A stretch of 42,649 nucleotides of DNA from positions 1 through 42,649 of the IMG/VR virus record IMGVR_UViG_3300050151_000036. One strand, written 5' to 3'. This stretch comes from a virus. Lineage: Duplodnaviria; Caudoviricetes. A model generated the notes under the pieces. The model made no database searches, was not told the DNA's origin, and saw nothing but the letters and a program-made list of their open reading frames with translations. Shown one piece after another: positions 16,272 through 26,106 of this stretch (position 1 is its first letter; every line of letters starts with the position of its first letter). A program made the position numbers and the translations under genes.

Positions 16272-16495
16272 TGCGTTGTTACTCCTGCAATCGTAATCTG
16301 TCGGATGCTGAATCTGTGATGAAGTCTGCTAAGACTGGGGAATATCTAGATATGTGTAGAAAATGTGTAAAAGATGTGGATATTGAAGTATTAGAGAACA
16401 ATAATGAACTCAATACTATCCCACCGGAAGATGAATATTATTATGAAATGGATGATGTTGAGTTCCATTCTTTTGAAGTGAATGAAGATGACTGA
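16271..16495 (+). CDS. Small zinc-finger protein with acidic tail
   Basis: MRCYSCN...DMCRKC, two CxxC motifs. Confidence 0.75.
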   Translation: MRCYSCNRNLSDAESVMKSAKTGEYLDMCRKCVKDVDIEVLENNNELNTIPPEDEYYYEMDDVEFHSFEVNEDD

Positions 16496-16769
16496 TATTT
16501 TTGCATTACATCGAAAAGGTTATGGTTTTGATACTGTTATTGAACAGTTAAAACCTTCTCGTGCTGACACTACTATTTGTAGTTGCTGTGGCAGTAGGTA
16601 TAAGCCTACTCCTAAAAGTAATAAAGTTACTATCACTGGTGGTATTACAGTGTATTCTGGTATTGTCGGTAAAGAAGTTAGTAACGAGTATCAAGAAATT
16701 AAACATATTAAAACACGTAATGGTGATTTAACGATTGGTGTCAAAACTAAGTGGGGTAAAAGTGAGTAA
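16482..16769 (+). CDS. Hypothetical protein
   Basis: 95 aa in operon orientation. Confidence 0.55.
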   Translation: MKMTDIFALHRKGYGFDTVIEQLKPSRADTTICSCCGSRYKPTPKSNKVTITGGITVYSGIVGKEVSNEYQEIKHIKTRNGDLTIGVKTKWGKSE

Positions 16770-17046
16770 AGTTGTGACCTTAACTACATATTTGTTTCTT
16801 CATACCGAGTATATTCGAGAAGAAAATGTGTATAAGGGCATTAAGCTCACTCCCAAATTAAAGCTCTTAAATAAAAAAGATACTTATATTATGGTCTTTC
16901 ATCTACCTATTCAACAAGCACAGTATGATTGTGTGTTAAAGATTCCCGGTATTAAAATTATTTATACATCACCGTTAGCAGTTAATACTCAACCCGGTCA
17001 CGGGCAACATCCCCGAAATAAAGTGGTTGTTTTTGAGTTGGAATAA
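16762..17046 (+). CDS. Hypothetical protein
   Basis: GTG start after GGGG preferred over the track start; coupled to primase. Confidence 0.6.
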   Translation: MSKVVTLTTYLFLHTEYIREENVYKGIKLTPKLKLLNKKDTYIMVFHLPIQQAQYDCVLKIPGIKIIYTSPLAVNTQPGHGQHPRNKVVVFELE

Positions 17047-17891
17047 TGGCTAGGGTACTGGGTCATGAACCTTGCCCTAAATGTAGAGCATTAGGTAAAG
17101 ATAATCATGGTGATAATCTGGTAGTGTATGATAATAATCATGAACACTGCTTTGCTTGTCACTACCATTCCTTTCCTAAATACCACGTACCACACCAAAT
17201 AAAACTAGAACCACATGTCAACAAAGCCTTGTTACCTCTTGACTTCTCGGGAGAAATTCCTGGACATGCTTGGAAATGGCTCTTGCAATATGGACTATCA
17301 TACAAATACTGGCAAGAATGTGTCGGCTATTCTGAAAAAGAGCAACGACTTATCTTTCGAGTCGGAGATACAGAAATTCGAGGAGGAGTGTTGCAGAAAT
17401 CCCACACTTCCTTGGCATTCTCCCTTGGACGACTGTGCAAAAGACCAGATGAACACCAAGACAACACGGACAATTATCGAAAACAATCTAATGAGAATGA
17501 CTCATTACAACAAAGATGGGGAGATTCTGTTCACAGAATTAAGAGAGATAAAAAGTGGTACGTCTATGGTGACAGCAGCAAACACGTCGAATGTCTCAAC
17601 CCCAACCAAGGACCAAGTATTATCTTGGTTGAAGACTTAATTAGTGCACATAAAGTAGCACAAATTACTACAGCAATCCCATTATTTGGGACACAGATTC
17701 ATGCACCAATTATATATTACTTACTTAATGATCCTCGTCCAGTTAAAATATGGTTGGATAAAGATCAAGAGGGCAACGTTAAACGCACTGCTGTACGAGT
17801 ATCCTCCTTGGTTAATAAACCTATTGATATTATTGTTACTAATGATGATCCTAAATTACAATCTTTTGATACTATTACTAAACTAATATGA
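17046..17891 (+). CDS. DNA primase (zinc-binding + TOPRIM), separate from helicase
   Basis: HEPCPKC...HCFACH zinc ribbon; LVED and WLDKD TOPRIM motifs; DPK. Confidence 0.85.
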   Translation: MARVLGHEPCPKCRALGKDNHGDNLVVYDNNHEHCFACHYHSFPKYHVPHQIKLEPHVNKALLPLDFSGEIPGHAWKWLLQYGLSYKYWQECVGYSEKEQRLIFRVGDTEIRGGVLQKSHTSLAFSLGRLCKRPDEHQDNTDNYRKQSNENDSLQQRWGDSVHRIKRDKKWYVYGDSSKHVECLNPNQGPSIILVEDLISAHKVAQITTAIPLFGTQIHAPIIYYLLNDPRPVKIWLDKDQEGNVKRTAVRVSSLVNKPIDIIVTNDDPKLQSFDTITKLI

Positions 17892-18061
17892 GTGATATTA
17901 CTATGTGTGCTGGTAATACTGAGACATACTCTTGTCCAAAGAAAGAAGAATGTTATCGGTGTCAAGCACCGCCTAATAATCACTGGCAAGCATACTTTGT
18001 AATGCTTCCAGTGAATCAAGAAACAAATGAGTGTGAGTATTTTATGGAGAAAGATAAGTGA
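17888..18061 (+). CDS. Small Cys-rich protein (57 aa; absent from track)
   Basis: MSDITMC...CP....CYR...QAYF...CEYF; ATGA coupling to primase. Confidence 0.7.
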   Translation: MSDITMCAGNTETYSCPKKEECYRCQAPPNNHWQAYFVMLPVNQETNECEYFMEKDK

Positions 18062-18253
18062 CAATAGTAGTATGAAAACTGAGTTTAATTTAGTTTTACA
18101 TGATAATGATGTAAATAAAAACAAACTACGTATGCTATCTAAATTAGAAGTAATGTTTGATGATCCATTAAATATTATACCGGATAATTGGTTTTATTTT
18201 ACAGATGAACTTCCTTTTGGTGTTAAAATTAAAGTTACGTTGGAGGTCATTGA

Positions 18254-18904
18254 ATGAAAATTGTACCAATTAGCGTAAGTTATGTGGATCACATGGGTGA
18301 TGATCTAAGTGTAGTGAACGCAGCCCGAGTTAGTTTCCATAAAGAAAGTAATGAGTTTACTTCTAACGATAATAAACTTATTAATTACCTTGCTATCCAT
18401 AATCACTGGACTCCATTTGGTCATACATCCATTTCCTTGCGACTTAAAGCCCCTATCTTTGTTGCTCGGCAAGCCGGCAAGCACCAAGTTGGTTTCGTAT
18501 GGAACGAGGTATCTCGTCGATATGTAGATGAAGAACCAGAGTTTTATTCCCCTAAAGAATGGAGAGGTAGAGCAGACAATGTGAAGCAGGGCAGTGCTGG
18601 TGTGGTAGTACCTAAATTCGATGACGATGAAATTACTTTCAATGATGCTATGGATGGATGTTTATTTGCTTACACTAACCTATTAGAAAAAGGTATTGCA
18701 CCAGAACAAGCACGAATGATCCTCCCACAGAATATGATGACGGAGTGGATTTGGACGGGCTCATTAGCGGCCTTTAGCCGCGTTTGTAAGCTCCGCCTAG
18801 ACCCCCATAGCCAAATGGAAATTCAAGAGCTTGCAGGCATGATTAAAGCCGTTGTAGAGCCCTTGTTTCCAGGGAGCTGGGCAGCACTTGAGGGTGTTAA
18901 GTAA
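18254..18904 (+). CDS. thyX: Flavin-dependent thymidylate synthase
   Basis: VVNAARVS, HWTPF, PIFVARQ..KH, WNEVSRRY, PEQARMILP, Q.EI. Confidence 0.95.
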   Translation: MKIVPISVSYVDHMGDDLSVVNAARVSFHKESNEFTSNDNKLINYLAIHNHWTPFGHTSISLRLKAPIFVARQAGKHQVGFVWNEVSRRYVDEEPEFYSPKEWRGRADNVKQGSAGVVVPKFDDDEITFNDAMDGCLFAYTNLLEKGIAPEQARMILPQNMMTEWIWTGSLAAFSRVCKLRLDPHSQMEIQELAGMIKAVVEPLFPGSWAALEGVK

Positions 18905-18906
18905 AA

Positions 18907-19164
18907 ATGACTAAGATCAAGAACTATTTAGTAAGTTTAATCTTTGCTGTAGCAATGCTTGTTGGTGTAGTCACTGGTGTGTCTAAAGTCTACGACTATG
19001 GGCAACAGCATGGTATTGAGTTGTACCATGAAATGTGTTATCATAATAACGGTGGTTTTATTGTTGATGAAAAGACACAGACGGTTGTGGCTTGTCAAGG
19101 CATGGGTACAATGCCAGAACTTATGCAAAAAAAGAAGCAACAGCCTATTGACAACAGCATCTAA
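18907..19164 (+). CDS. Small membrane-anchored protein
   Basis: N-terminal hydrophobic helix. Confidence 0.65.
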   Translation: MTKIKNYLVSLIFAVAMLVGVVTGVSKVYDYGQQHGIELYHEMCYHNNGGFIVDEKTQTVVACQGMGTMPELMQKKKQQPIDNSI

Positions 19165-19176
19165 TTCTGATACAAT
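19148..19176 (+). promoter_or_regulatory. Sigma70 promoter upstream of helicase
   Basis: TTGACA-17 nt-TACAAT with extended TGn. Confidence 0.8.
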
Positions 19177-19248
19177 AGATGTATAAAGAATAAAAGCATT
19201 ATAAATTATATATATAATTATATATATAATATTTAATAAGGTAAAGTA

Positions 19249-20493
19249 TTGAATAAAGAACTATTACTACTATTAATACTATTAAATAAAGTATCATATA
19301 ATCAATATATAAATGATATTGATACTACTTATCTTAAAGAGCATCATAGAGAAATATCTTATCTCTATAAAGTCCTACAAGACTTACATAAACAATATGA
19401 CCATGATTTAACATTAGCTGATTTACAAGCTGCTTTCTTTGTAGCATATCCTGATGCTGATAATCTTATCTACAACGCACTGTTTAAAACGCTCTATGAG
19501 AGCAATATTACTGCTGATGTAGGTCAGGGTATCATTAGACAAATTAAAGCCAAGAAAGCGGCTTTAAAGCTCTCTGAGAAGGCTTTTAAAGTAGCACAAG
19601 GTCTTGAAGATGTAGACTCACTAACATCATTCTACAATGATGAATTTGTTAAGGTCGATCATCAGGAAGAACAAGAGTTTGAGTTAGATAATGTTTCTCA
19701 GGATTTAACAGAAATAATTGATGATGTTTATAAAGAATCAGGACTACGTTGGCGGTTGGATTGCCTTAACAAATCATTAGGTAGTCTACGTAAAGGAGAC
19801 TTTGGTTTTATCATGGCACGCCCGGAAACGGGTAAGACTACTTTCCTTACCAGTGAAGTAACACATATGCTAATGAATAGCACTGGTCCAGTTATTCACT
19901 TGAATAATGAAGAGCAAGGAAATAAAGTAATGCTACGATACTATCAGGCATTCTTCGGTGTGACTATGCAACAATTGATGGCAAGTCCTAAGAAGTATCG
20001 TGATGCCTTTCAAGAAGCAACTCAAGGTCGATTCTATCTCTTTGATTCTGCAATCATTACTAAATGGCAAGTTGAAAAGATTGTTAAGCGATTAAATCCT
20101 ATTTTAGTTATCTATGACCAACTCACAAAGATTCGAGGATTTAAAGCAGACCGTCCAGACCTTATCCTTGGAGAAACTTTCCAATGGGCTAGAGAACTTG
20201 CTAAAGGCAGTCATGCAGCCATCGGAGTATCACAAGCTGACGGATCAGCAGAAAATGTACGTTACCTCACTATGGAGCACGTTGCCAACGCTAAAACTGC
20301 TGTGCAAGCTGAAGCAGACTGGATTCTAGGTATCGGTAAGAGTCATGATATGGAAAAAGCTAGGTTTCTATCCATTAGTAAGAATAAACTTCTAGGCGAC
20401 GCCGATAGTATTCCTGATCTGAGGCACGGAAAATTTGAAGTGTTAATAGAAGCTCCCATCGCGAGGTATTTGGATGTCATTAAATTCGCTTGA
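19249..20493 (+). CDS. Replicative DnaB-like (SF4) helicase
   Basis: Walker A ARPETGKTT, NNEE, VIYDQL, VSQA, EAD.ILGIG, KNK; TTG start. Confidence 0.9.
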   Translation: MNKELLLLLILLNKVSYNQYINDIDTTYLKEHHREISYLYKVLQDLHKQYDHDLTLADLQAAFFVAYPDADNLIYNALFKTLYESNITADVGQGIIRQIKAKKAALKLSEKAFKVAQGLEDVDSLTSFYNDEFVKVDHQEEQEFELDNVSQDLTEIIDDVYKESGLRWRLDCLNKSLGSLRKGDFGFIMARPETGKTTFLTSEVTHMLMNSTGPVIHLNNEEQGNKVMLRYYQAFFGVTMQQLMASPKKYRDAFQEATQGRFYLFDSAIITKWQVEKIVKRLNPILVIYDQLTKIRGFKADRPDLILGETFQWARELAKGSHAAIGVSQADGSAENVRYLTMEHVANAKTAVQAEADWILGIGKSHDMEKARFLSISKNKLLGDADSIPDLRHGKFEVLIEAPIARYLDVIKFA

Positions 20494-20647
20494 TGATAAT
20501 GAATTTGCACGTTATTTAACACAGCATTTATACGATAATGATTATTGGGTTTCTGGTGGTCCAATTTCAGGTATATATCCAGAAATATACATAGACCAAG
20601 ATGTTTTATATTTAGTTATTAAAGATTTTATGGATAAATTACCTTGA
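20474..20647 (+). CDS. Small hypothetical protein (57 aa; absent from track)
   Basis: GAGG RBS; fills the gap between helicase and polymerase and overlaps both. Confidence 0.5.
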   Translation: MSLNSLDDNEFARYLTQHLYDNDYWVSGGPISGIYPEIYIDQDVLYLVIKDFMDKLP

Positions 20648-21822
20648 ACATATGCATTGACGTTGAAACTACAATTAAGAATAAAGGCCACGCATTTGAT
20701 CCAGATAACAAATTAGTTAGTTATGCTATATCTAGTCCTAGTAGTTCTAGTAATTTCTTGTACTGCACAGACCCAGGCTTTAGACGTAACGTCTTCTGGG
20801 GATTGGATGCGAGACATACAGTTGTGGGCTTTAATTTTAAGTTTGATTTGCATTGGCTATTTCGTGAAGGACATACTTTAAATCCTGATACTAAGATATG
20901 GGATGTTCAATTAGCAGAATTTATTATTAGTGGGCAGACTGCTTCTTTCATGTCACTTAATGAGACATTAGCAAGCTACCAATTACCTTTGAAGCATGAT
21001 GCAGTGAAAGAATACTGGGATCAGGGTATTGATACTAATGATATTCCTGTCATATTATTGGAAGAGTATAATGTCTATGACACTGAAGGCACGTTGGCTG
21101 CGATGCAGCAACAGCAAGAACTTATGTCACCCAAACAAATTAAACTTGTATATCTGCTGGGTGAAGACTTGAAGACGTTGCAGGATGCAGAATTTAATGG
21201 AATTAAATGGGATGCTAAAAAAGCTAAGACTAAACTTGAGAAGTATAAGGCCGATGTGGCCAGTATCGAACGAAGATTGGCTAGTTATCTACCTAATATC
21301 CAGCATGGTAGCTTCAATTTCGACAGTGGCGATCATCTTAGCTGCTTGTTGTACGGTGGTGAGATAAACTTTGAGTATACGGTACCTGAGAGCGCGCTTT
21401 ACAAGAGTGGCCCTAATAAGGGTGAGGAGTATGTTAGGAATCGACACTACAAGGAAAATGTGTACTTTGGCCCCAGATTTACACCTCTTGCGAACACAGA
21501 AGTTAAAAAGACTAAAGGAATCCCAAACGTTACGACGAGGTACTACCAAGTTGACGCACCGACTCTCTCACAACTGAAGCCACGATTAAAGCCAAATAAA
21601 GAGTTACTAGTCTTACTCCAAGAACGTTCTGATAAGCAAAAGATTATAGAAATGATTGAAAGTATTGAAAAAACTAGAACTACTCTAAACTGGCAAGATG
21701 ATTTGTTACACCCACAATTTAATCAAAACATTGTGATTACAGGTAGACTATCTTCTAGCAAACCAAACATGCAAAATACTCCATTAGAAGTTGATGAACT
21801 ATTAATTAGTAGATATGATTAA
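20644..21822 (+). CDS. Family A DNA polymerase, part 1 (3'-5' exonuclease and thumb)
   Basis: ExoI IDVETT, ExoII GFNFKFDL, ExoIII YNVYD; ends just after TGRLSSSKPNMQN. Confidence 0.9.
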   Translation: MNICIDVETTIKNKGHAFDPDNKLVSYAISSPSSSSNFLYCTDPGFRRNVFWGLDARHTVVGFNFKFDLHWLFREGHTLNPDTKIWDVQLAEFIISGQTASFMSLNETLASYQLPLKHDAVKEYWDQGIDTNDIPVILLEEYNVYDTEGTLAAMQQQQELMSPKQIKLVYLLGEDLKTLQDAEFNGIKWDAKKAKTKLEKYKADVASIERRLASYLPNIQHGSFNFDSGDHLSCLLYGGEINFEYTVPESALYKSGPNKGEEYVRNRHYKENVYFGPRFTPLANTEVKKTKGIPNVTTRYYQVDAPTLSQLKPRLKPNKELLVLLQERSDKQKIIEMIESIEKTRTTLNWQDDLLHPQFNQNIVITGRLSSSKPNMQNTPLEVDELLISRYD

Positions 21823-22550
21823 TGCTAGTCAATGTAGATATTAAGGGGCTTGAAGTTGTTGTAGCTGCTGAATTAAGTGGGGATAAAGTATTAAAACAGG
21901 AGATTATAGATAAAGTAGACATTCACGACACTAACCGTGTACGTTTTGGCCTCGGGGAAGGCAAGCCCGGTAGGTTAGTTGCTAAGATTCTGAAGTTTCG
22001 GATCATTTATGGAGGTGGTGCGTACTCATTTGCACATGATTCTGATTTTACTTCTGTTAGCACCAGTGAGAAGTTTTGGCAAGGTATTATTGATGAGTAC
22101 TACACAAAGTATTCCGGTGTAAAGAAATGGCATGACTCTATTGTTGAGCAAGCCAAACTTACTGGATATTTAGAAATACCTTCAGGTAGGTACTTTGAAT
22201 TCAAACCATTTAAGAATGCTTGGGGTTATCGTTGGCCTGAAACTACTATTAAAAACTATCCTGTCCAGGGGTTCGGGGCAGACCTTGTAATGCTTGCAAG
22301 GATTGACTTCTGGAAGAAGTTCAAAGCATCCGGTTTAGAAGGATTATTCATTCAAACAGTGCATGACTCTCTAGTAGTTGATACACCAAGTAAAAATGTT
22401 GAGATAGTTGCAAAAATGTTGCAAGAAAGTATTGCAAAAGTCCCGGAATTATGCTATACTAATTGGGATTACAAATTCTCACTACCAATGACTAGTGAGA
22501 TTCTTGTTGGACCAAACAAAAAGGATTTAAAAGAGTATGTCATTATTTAG
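21822..22550 (+). CDS. Family A DNA polymerase, part 2 (palm and fingers)
   Basis: Motif A VDIKGLE, motif B R..AK..F..IYG, NYPVQG, motif C VHDS. Confidence 0.9.
   Translation: MLVNVDIKGLEVVVAAELSGDKVLKQEIIDKVDIHDTNRVRFGLGEGKPGRLVAKILKFRIIYGGGAYSFAHDSDFTSVSTSEKFWQGIIDEYYTKYSGVKKWHDSIVEQAKLTGYLEIPSGRYFEFKPFKNAWGYRWPETTIKNYPVQGFGADLVMLARIDFWKKFKASGLEGLFIQTVHDSLVVDTPSKNVEIVAKMLQESIAKVPELCYTNWDYKFSLPMTSEILVGPNKKDLKEYVII
22432..22460 (+). promoter_or_regulatory. Internal sigma70 promoter upstream of SSB
   Basis: TTGCAA-17 nt-TATACT with extended TGn, inside the polymerase 3' end. Confidence 0.6.
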
Positions 22551-22704
22551 TTCTAGGACAGTATTAGTAACCATTCAAGATGAAGATGGCCGCACTCAAA
22601 CAGAAAAAGTCTTCGAGAGTTGGCTGCCCCTAGTGCGTTGGATTTGCAAGAACTGTAACGCCACTATGTTTGTTAAAGAGATAAAGGAAACAAATGCTAT
22701 TTAA
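22537..22704 (+). CDS. Small hypothetical protein (55 aa; absent from track)
   Basis: Fills the polymerase-SSB gap; one CxxC. Confidence 0.45.
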   Translation: MSLFSSRTVLVTIQDEDGRTQTEKVFESWLPLVRWICKNCNATMFVKEIKETNAI

Positions 22705-23221
22705 ATTTCAAGAAGCAGTGATTGAGACTATTACCAAGGGTCGTAGTAAGTATCAAGTAGCTAACGTGACATACACCTACAATGGTGATAATCGTACACA
22801 GAAGCTAATGTCCTTTGCTAATCCCGAGTCATTCAAGGTTGTCCAAGACCTTAAGAGTGGTGATATGATTGAAGTTACTGTCACTAAGAATGATGCTGGT
22901 TATAATCAATGGGCCGCTGTTAAAAAGGTCGATTCTGAGGGGTCTGTAGCGCCCGTAGTGGCGTCTAATTCACCAGTGACTGGTAAGGTACTGGGTAACC
23001 AATATGAGACGCGAGATGAGCGTAATACTCGTCAGTTACATATTGTAAAGCAGAGTAGCATTTCTAATGCGATTAATCTACTATCACCTGGTGCTAAGGG
23101 TGCTCTAAACGTAGAGGATGTGCTAAGCACTGCACAGCAACTAGTTGACTTTGTATATGACAATTCTTTAGCAGAATTAATTGCAAAGCCTAACGAAGGT
23201 TTGGAGGATGTTCCTTATTGA
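22694..23221 (+). CDS. Probable single-stranded DNA-binding protein
   Basis: Beta-rich OB-like N-terminus, acidic-aromatic tail EDVPY, strong RBS, replication context. Confidence 0.65.
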   Translation: MLFKFQEAVIETITKGRSKYQVANVTYTYNGDNRTQKLMSFANPESFKVVQDLKSGDMIEVTVTKNDAGYNQWAAVKKVDSEGSVAPVVASNSPVTGKVLGNQYETRDERNTRQLHIVKQSSISNAINLLSPGAKGALNVEDVLSTAQQLVDFVYDNSLAELIAKPNEGLEDVPY

Positions 23222-23498
23222 ACAACGTAAAAATGACTGGATACGTCCTGCGGCCGCAGCTAAACAATTTCCAGCAAACAAGTATCAATTCAGTAAGCAT
23301 CTAGTTAAAGTAGGTGATTGGGTTGAGACAAATCCACTAACTCAGAAAGAATATTACAATATCCAAGATGCTGTGCATGCATGGGCTTGGGTAAAGAAAT
23401 ATAGAGTTAAGACAGAATCTTGGCCTGATGGTACTGGTAAAAAGTTTGTTAAGATTACATTAATATCACACAAACGAAATAGAGATTATGAAGTATAA
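23208..23498 (+). CDS. Hypothetical protein
   Basis: Open frame coupled to the deaminase; start uncertain. Confidence 0.6.
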   Translation: MFLIEQRKNDWIRPAAAAKQFPANKYQFSKHLVKVGDWVETNPLTQKEYYNIQDAVHAWAWVKKYRVKTESWPDGTGKKFVKITLISHKRNRDYEV

Positions 23499-23857
23499 TG
23501 TCTTTCCGAATCGCTGAGAAACAAGCATTAAAAAGCACCCATGCAAAACATCGTATGGGTGCTGTTATTGTTAAAGGTGGTAGAGTTCTTGCTACAGGAT
23601 ATAATGAGTTGCGTCCATCTAGTATAATTGGTAGACCAACATTACATGCTGAAGCATCAGCTATTCTTAAACTTCTTAAAGAAAATAGATTGGAAGATTT
23701 AATTGGATCAACTCTATATGTTACTAGGTTTACTCGCGGTGGGACCATTTCTTGTAGCCGCCCTTGTGAGCATTGCACTAATCTCATACGGTCTGTTGGT
23801 ATTAGGTCGGTACTATTTATTAGTGAAGAAGGATCAACAGAAACGATGAAGCTATGA
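23498..23857 (+). CDS. CMP/dCMP-type zinc deaminase
   Basis: GAVIV..GYN, HAE, SRPCEHC. Confidence 0.87.
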   Translation: MSFRIAEKQALKSTHAKHRMGAVIVKGGRVLATGYNELRPSSIIGRPTLHAEASAILKLLKENRLEDLIGSTLYVTRFTRGGTISCSRPCEHCTNLIRSVGIRSVLFISEEGSTETMKL

Positions 23858-24516
23858 TTGCTTTAATCGACGCCGACGAGGTGGCATTTAGGTGTGCTGC
23901 TTCTGCTGAAAATGAAGATGTTTGGGTTGCTTGCCATAGAGCCGCTAATCTAGTAGAAGAGATATTAATTGCTACTAATTCAGATGAATACCAGCTATGG
24001 CTAAGTGGTCCTAATAATTTCAGGTATACTATCTTTCCAGAATATAAAGCTAAACGTTATAATTCTTATCGTCCCAAATGGGAGAAAGAAGTTAAAGCAT
24101 ATCTACAGCTTGACTGGAATGCACAGTATGCAGATGGTTGTGAAGCAGATGATATGCTTGGTAGCAATCAAACAGATAACTCTGTGATCTGCACACAAGA
24201 TAAAGACCTTAATATGATTAAAGGTCTACGATATAATCCAGTAAAAAAGGAATTACGTGTTATCACACCTGAAGAAGCAGATCGTTTCTTTTATTATCAG
24301 ATGCTTATTGGTGATCCCACTGATGGCATCAAAGGAGTACCTGGAATCGGTCCAGTCAAAGCCAACAATCTTTTGGAAGGAATAAATAATGTGGATGAAA
24401 TGTATGACATGGTTGCGGAACAATATTCCTCTTCTGAGGAAATGGAATTGAATGGTGGTTGTTTATGGATGTGGCGCAAACCAAACGACATTTGGAAGCT
24501 GCGAGAAAACCGATGA
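23854..24516 (+). CDS. 5'-3' exonuclease (T7 gp6/RNase H-like)
   Basis: LIDAD, NFR...YKA.R, EADD, DKDL, GDPTDGIKGVPGIG. Confidence 0.9.
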   Translation: MIALIDADEVAFRCAASAENEDVWVACHRAANLVEEILIATNSDEYQLWLSGPNNFRYTIFPEYKAKRYNSYRPKWEKEVKAYLQLDWNAQYADGCEADDMLGSNQTDNSVICTQDKDLNMIKGLRYNPVKKELRVITPEEADRFFYYQMLIGDPTDGIKGVPGIGPVKANNLLEGINNVDEMYDMVAEQYSSSEEMELNGGCLWMWRKPNDIWKLRENR

Positions 24517-24860
24517 CTCCTAGAGGTAGTAAAGCAAAAGGCAGGAATTTTCAACAGTATGTACGAGATAAGTTACTAGAGTTATTTCCACAGCTAGAAC
24601 CAGATGATGTAAGATCAACTGCTATGGGGGCTCCGGGTGAAGACATTCAGCTTAGTCCAGCAGCACGTAAGTTGATCCCATATAACATTGAATGTAAATC
24701 TAAAGCAACTTCACAAATACATACATATTACGATCAAGCTAAAACTCATGGTAGTCATGAACCATTAGTAATTGTTAAAAAGGATAGAGATATTCCTTTA
24801 GCAATTGTGTCATTAGAACATTTCATGACATTAATTAATGGAAAGACACCAGCTAAGTGA
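24513..24860 (+). CDS. PD-(D/E)XK nuclease, putative Holliday junction resolvase
   Basis: KAKGR..Q, GEDI, IECK motifs. Confidence 0.75.
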   Translation: MTPRGSKAKGRNFQQYVRDKLLELFPQLEPDDVRSTAMGAPGEDIQLSPAARKLIPYNIECKSKATSQIHTYYDQAKTHGSHEPLVIVKKDRDIPLAIVSLEHFMTLINGKTPAK

Positions 24861-25048
24861 AAATTATCGAAGTTCCTATTTTTAATGATGATGGGAGTGT
24901 TCAAGTAACACATGTTCTAAATCCTGAAGAAGCACAAGGTATGCTACAGTTTGCTATTAACTTTCTAACAGCAGCAGGTATGTCTACAGTTAGTGCCGTT
25001 AACAAAGCTAAAGCGAGTCAACAACAAGAACTACCATTTAATGACTAA
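24857..25048 (+). CDS. Hypothetical protein
   Basis: 63 aa, coupled on both sides. Confidence 0.6.
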   Translation: MKIIEVPIFNDDGSVQVTHVLNPEEAQGMLQFAINFLTAAGMSTVSAVNKAKASQQQELPFND

Positions 25049-25805
25049 GATTGTAGTAATTCCTGATTGTCAAATTAGACCGGGAGATAATACAGACTTC
25101 CTAGAACGTATTGGTACTTACATTGTTGATAAGAAGCCTGACACAGTGGTTTGTATTGGAGATTTTGCTGATCTACCAAGCCTCTCCTCTTATGACATAG
25201 GTAAGAAATCATTTGAAGGTAGACGATATAAAGCAGACATTGAAGCAACACATGCTGCGATGACCAGACTGTTAGCTCCAATTAATAACTATAATAAAAA
25301 AGCAAAAGAAGGTCATAGAGAACGTTACTATCCACAGTTAGTTCTAACACTTGGTAATCATTGCGAACGTATTAACCGAGTTGTAGAATCTGATCCAAAG
25401 TTAGATGGTACTATTTCAATAGAAGACCTTAAATATAAGGAATTCGGTTGGAATGTCATACCTTTTTTGGAGCCTGTTATTATTGATGGTGTTGCCTTTT
25501 GTCACTATTTCACCACTGGTGTTATGGGACGACCTGCTACGAGTGCTCAAGCACAGCTTACAAAAAAGCATATGTCTTGTGTTGCTGGCCATCAACAAGG
25601 TTTCCAAGTAGCCACTGGGCATAGAGCCGATGGCACTAGATTAACTTCAGTAATTGCTGGTTCTTGCTACGAACATAATGAAGATTATTTAGGCCCACAA
25701 GGAAATAAACACTGGAGGGGCATTCTAGTATTACACGGCGTTAATAATGGTGAGTACGATCTTATGCCAGTCTCACTAGATTATTTAAAGAAGAAATATG
25801 CTTAA
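25041..25805 (+). CDS. Calcineurin-like metallophosphoesterase
   Basis: IPDCQ, IGDFAD, LGNH, FCH, AGH motifs. Confidence 0.85.
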   Translation: MTKIVVIPDCQIRPGDNTDFLERIGTYIVDKKPDTVVCIGDFADLPSLSSYDIGKKSFEGRRYKADIEATHAAMTRLLAPINNYNKKAKEGHRERYYPQLVLTLGNHCERINRVVESDPKLDGTISIEDLKYKEFGWNVIPFLEPVIIDGVAFCHYFTTGVMGRPATSAQAQLTKKHMSCVAGHQQGFQVATGHRADGTRLTSVIAGSCYEHNEDYLGPQGNKHWRGILVLHGVNNGEYDLMPVSLDYLKKKYA

Positions 25806-26106
25806 TTTGACAACAGACCCACAAGAACGAAAGTCAACTCCAATTGCTACAGGAGTTTTAGATTACTTTCCATTAGCGCTATCTGAGATTGCTAGAGTAT
25901 CTAAAGCTGGTAATGACCAACATAATCCAGGTCAACCGCTACACTGGGCTAAAGACAAAAGTACAGATCATGCGGATTCATTAATTCGGCATTTCTTAGA
26001 ACGAGGTACTTTTGATATTGATAACCAACGGCATTCAGCAAAAGTAGCATGGCGAGCATTAGCATTATTACAAACGGAGTTAGAGAATGAAGCAAACATT
26101 AAGTGA
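25798..26106 (+). CDS. dATP/dGTP diphosphohydrolase-like domain protein (DUF5664-like)
   Basis: P.AL.EIA.VS..G...H, DSL.RH, H.A..AWRALALL pattern. Confidence 0.65.
   Translation: MLNLTTDPQERKSTPIATGVLDYFPLALSEIARVSKAGNDQHNPGQPLHWAKDKSTDHADSLIRHFLERGTFDIDNQRHSAKVAWRALALLQTELENEANIK

Noticed and set aside
23203-23220. Possible fifth ATT start at 23217 after GGAGG
   Set aside because: An in-frame ATG exists at 23208 and no functional constraint distinguishes the two.
25798-26106. Modified-base (Z or 7-deazaguanine) genome system
   Set aside because: No PurZ, Que/FolE or DpdA-like genes visible in the window; the diphosphohydrolase-like gene alone is insufficient.
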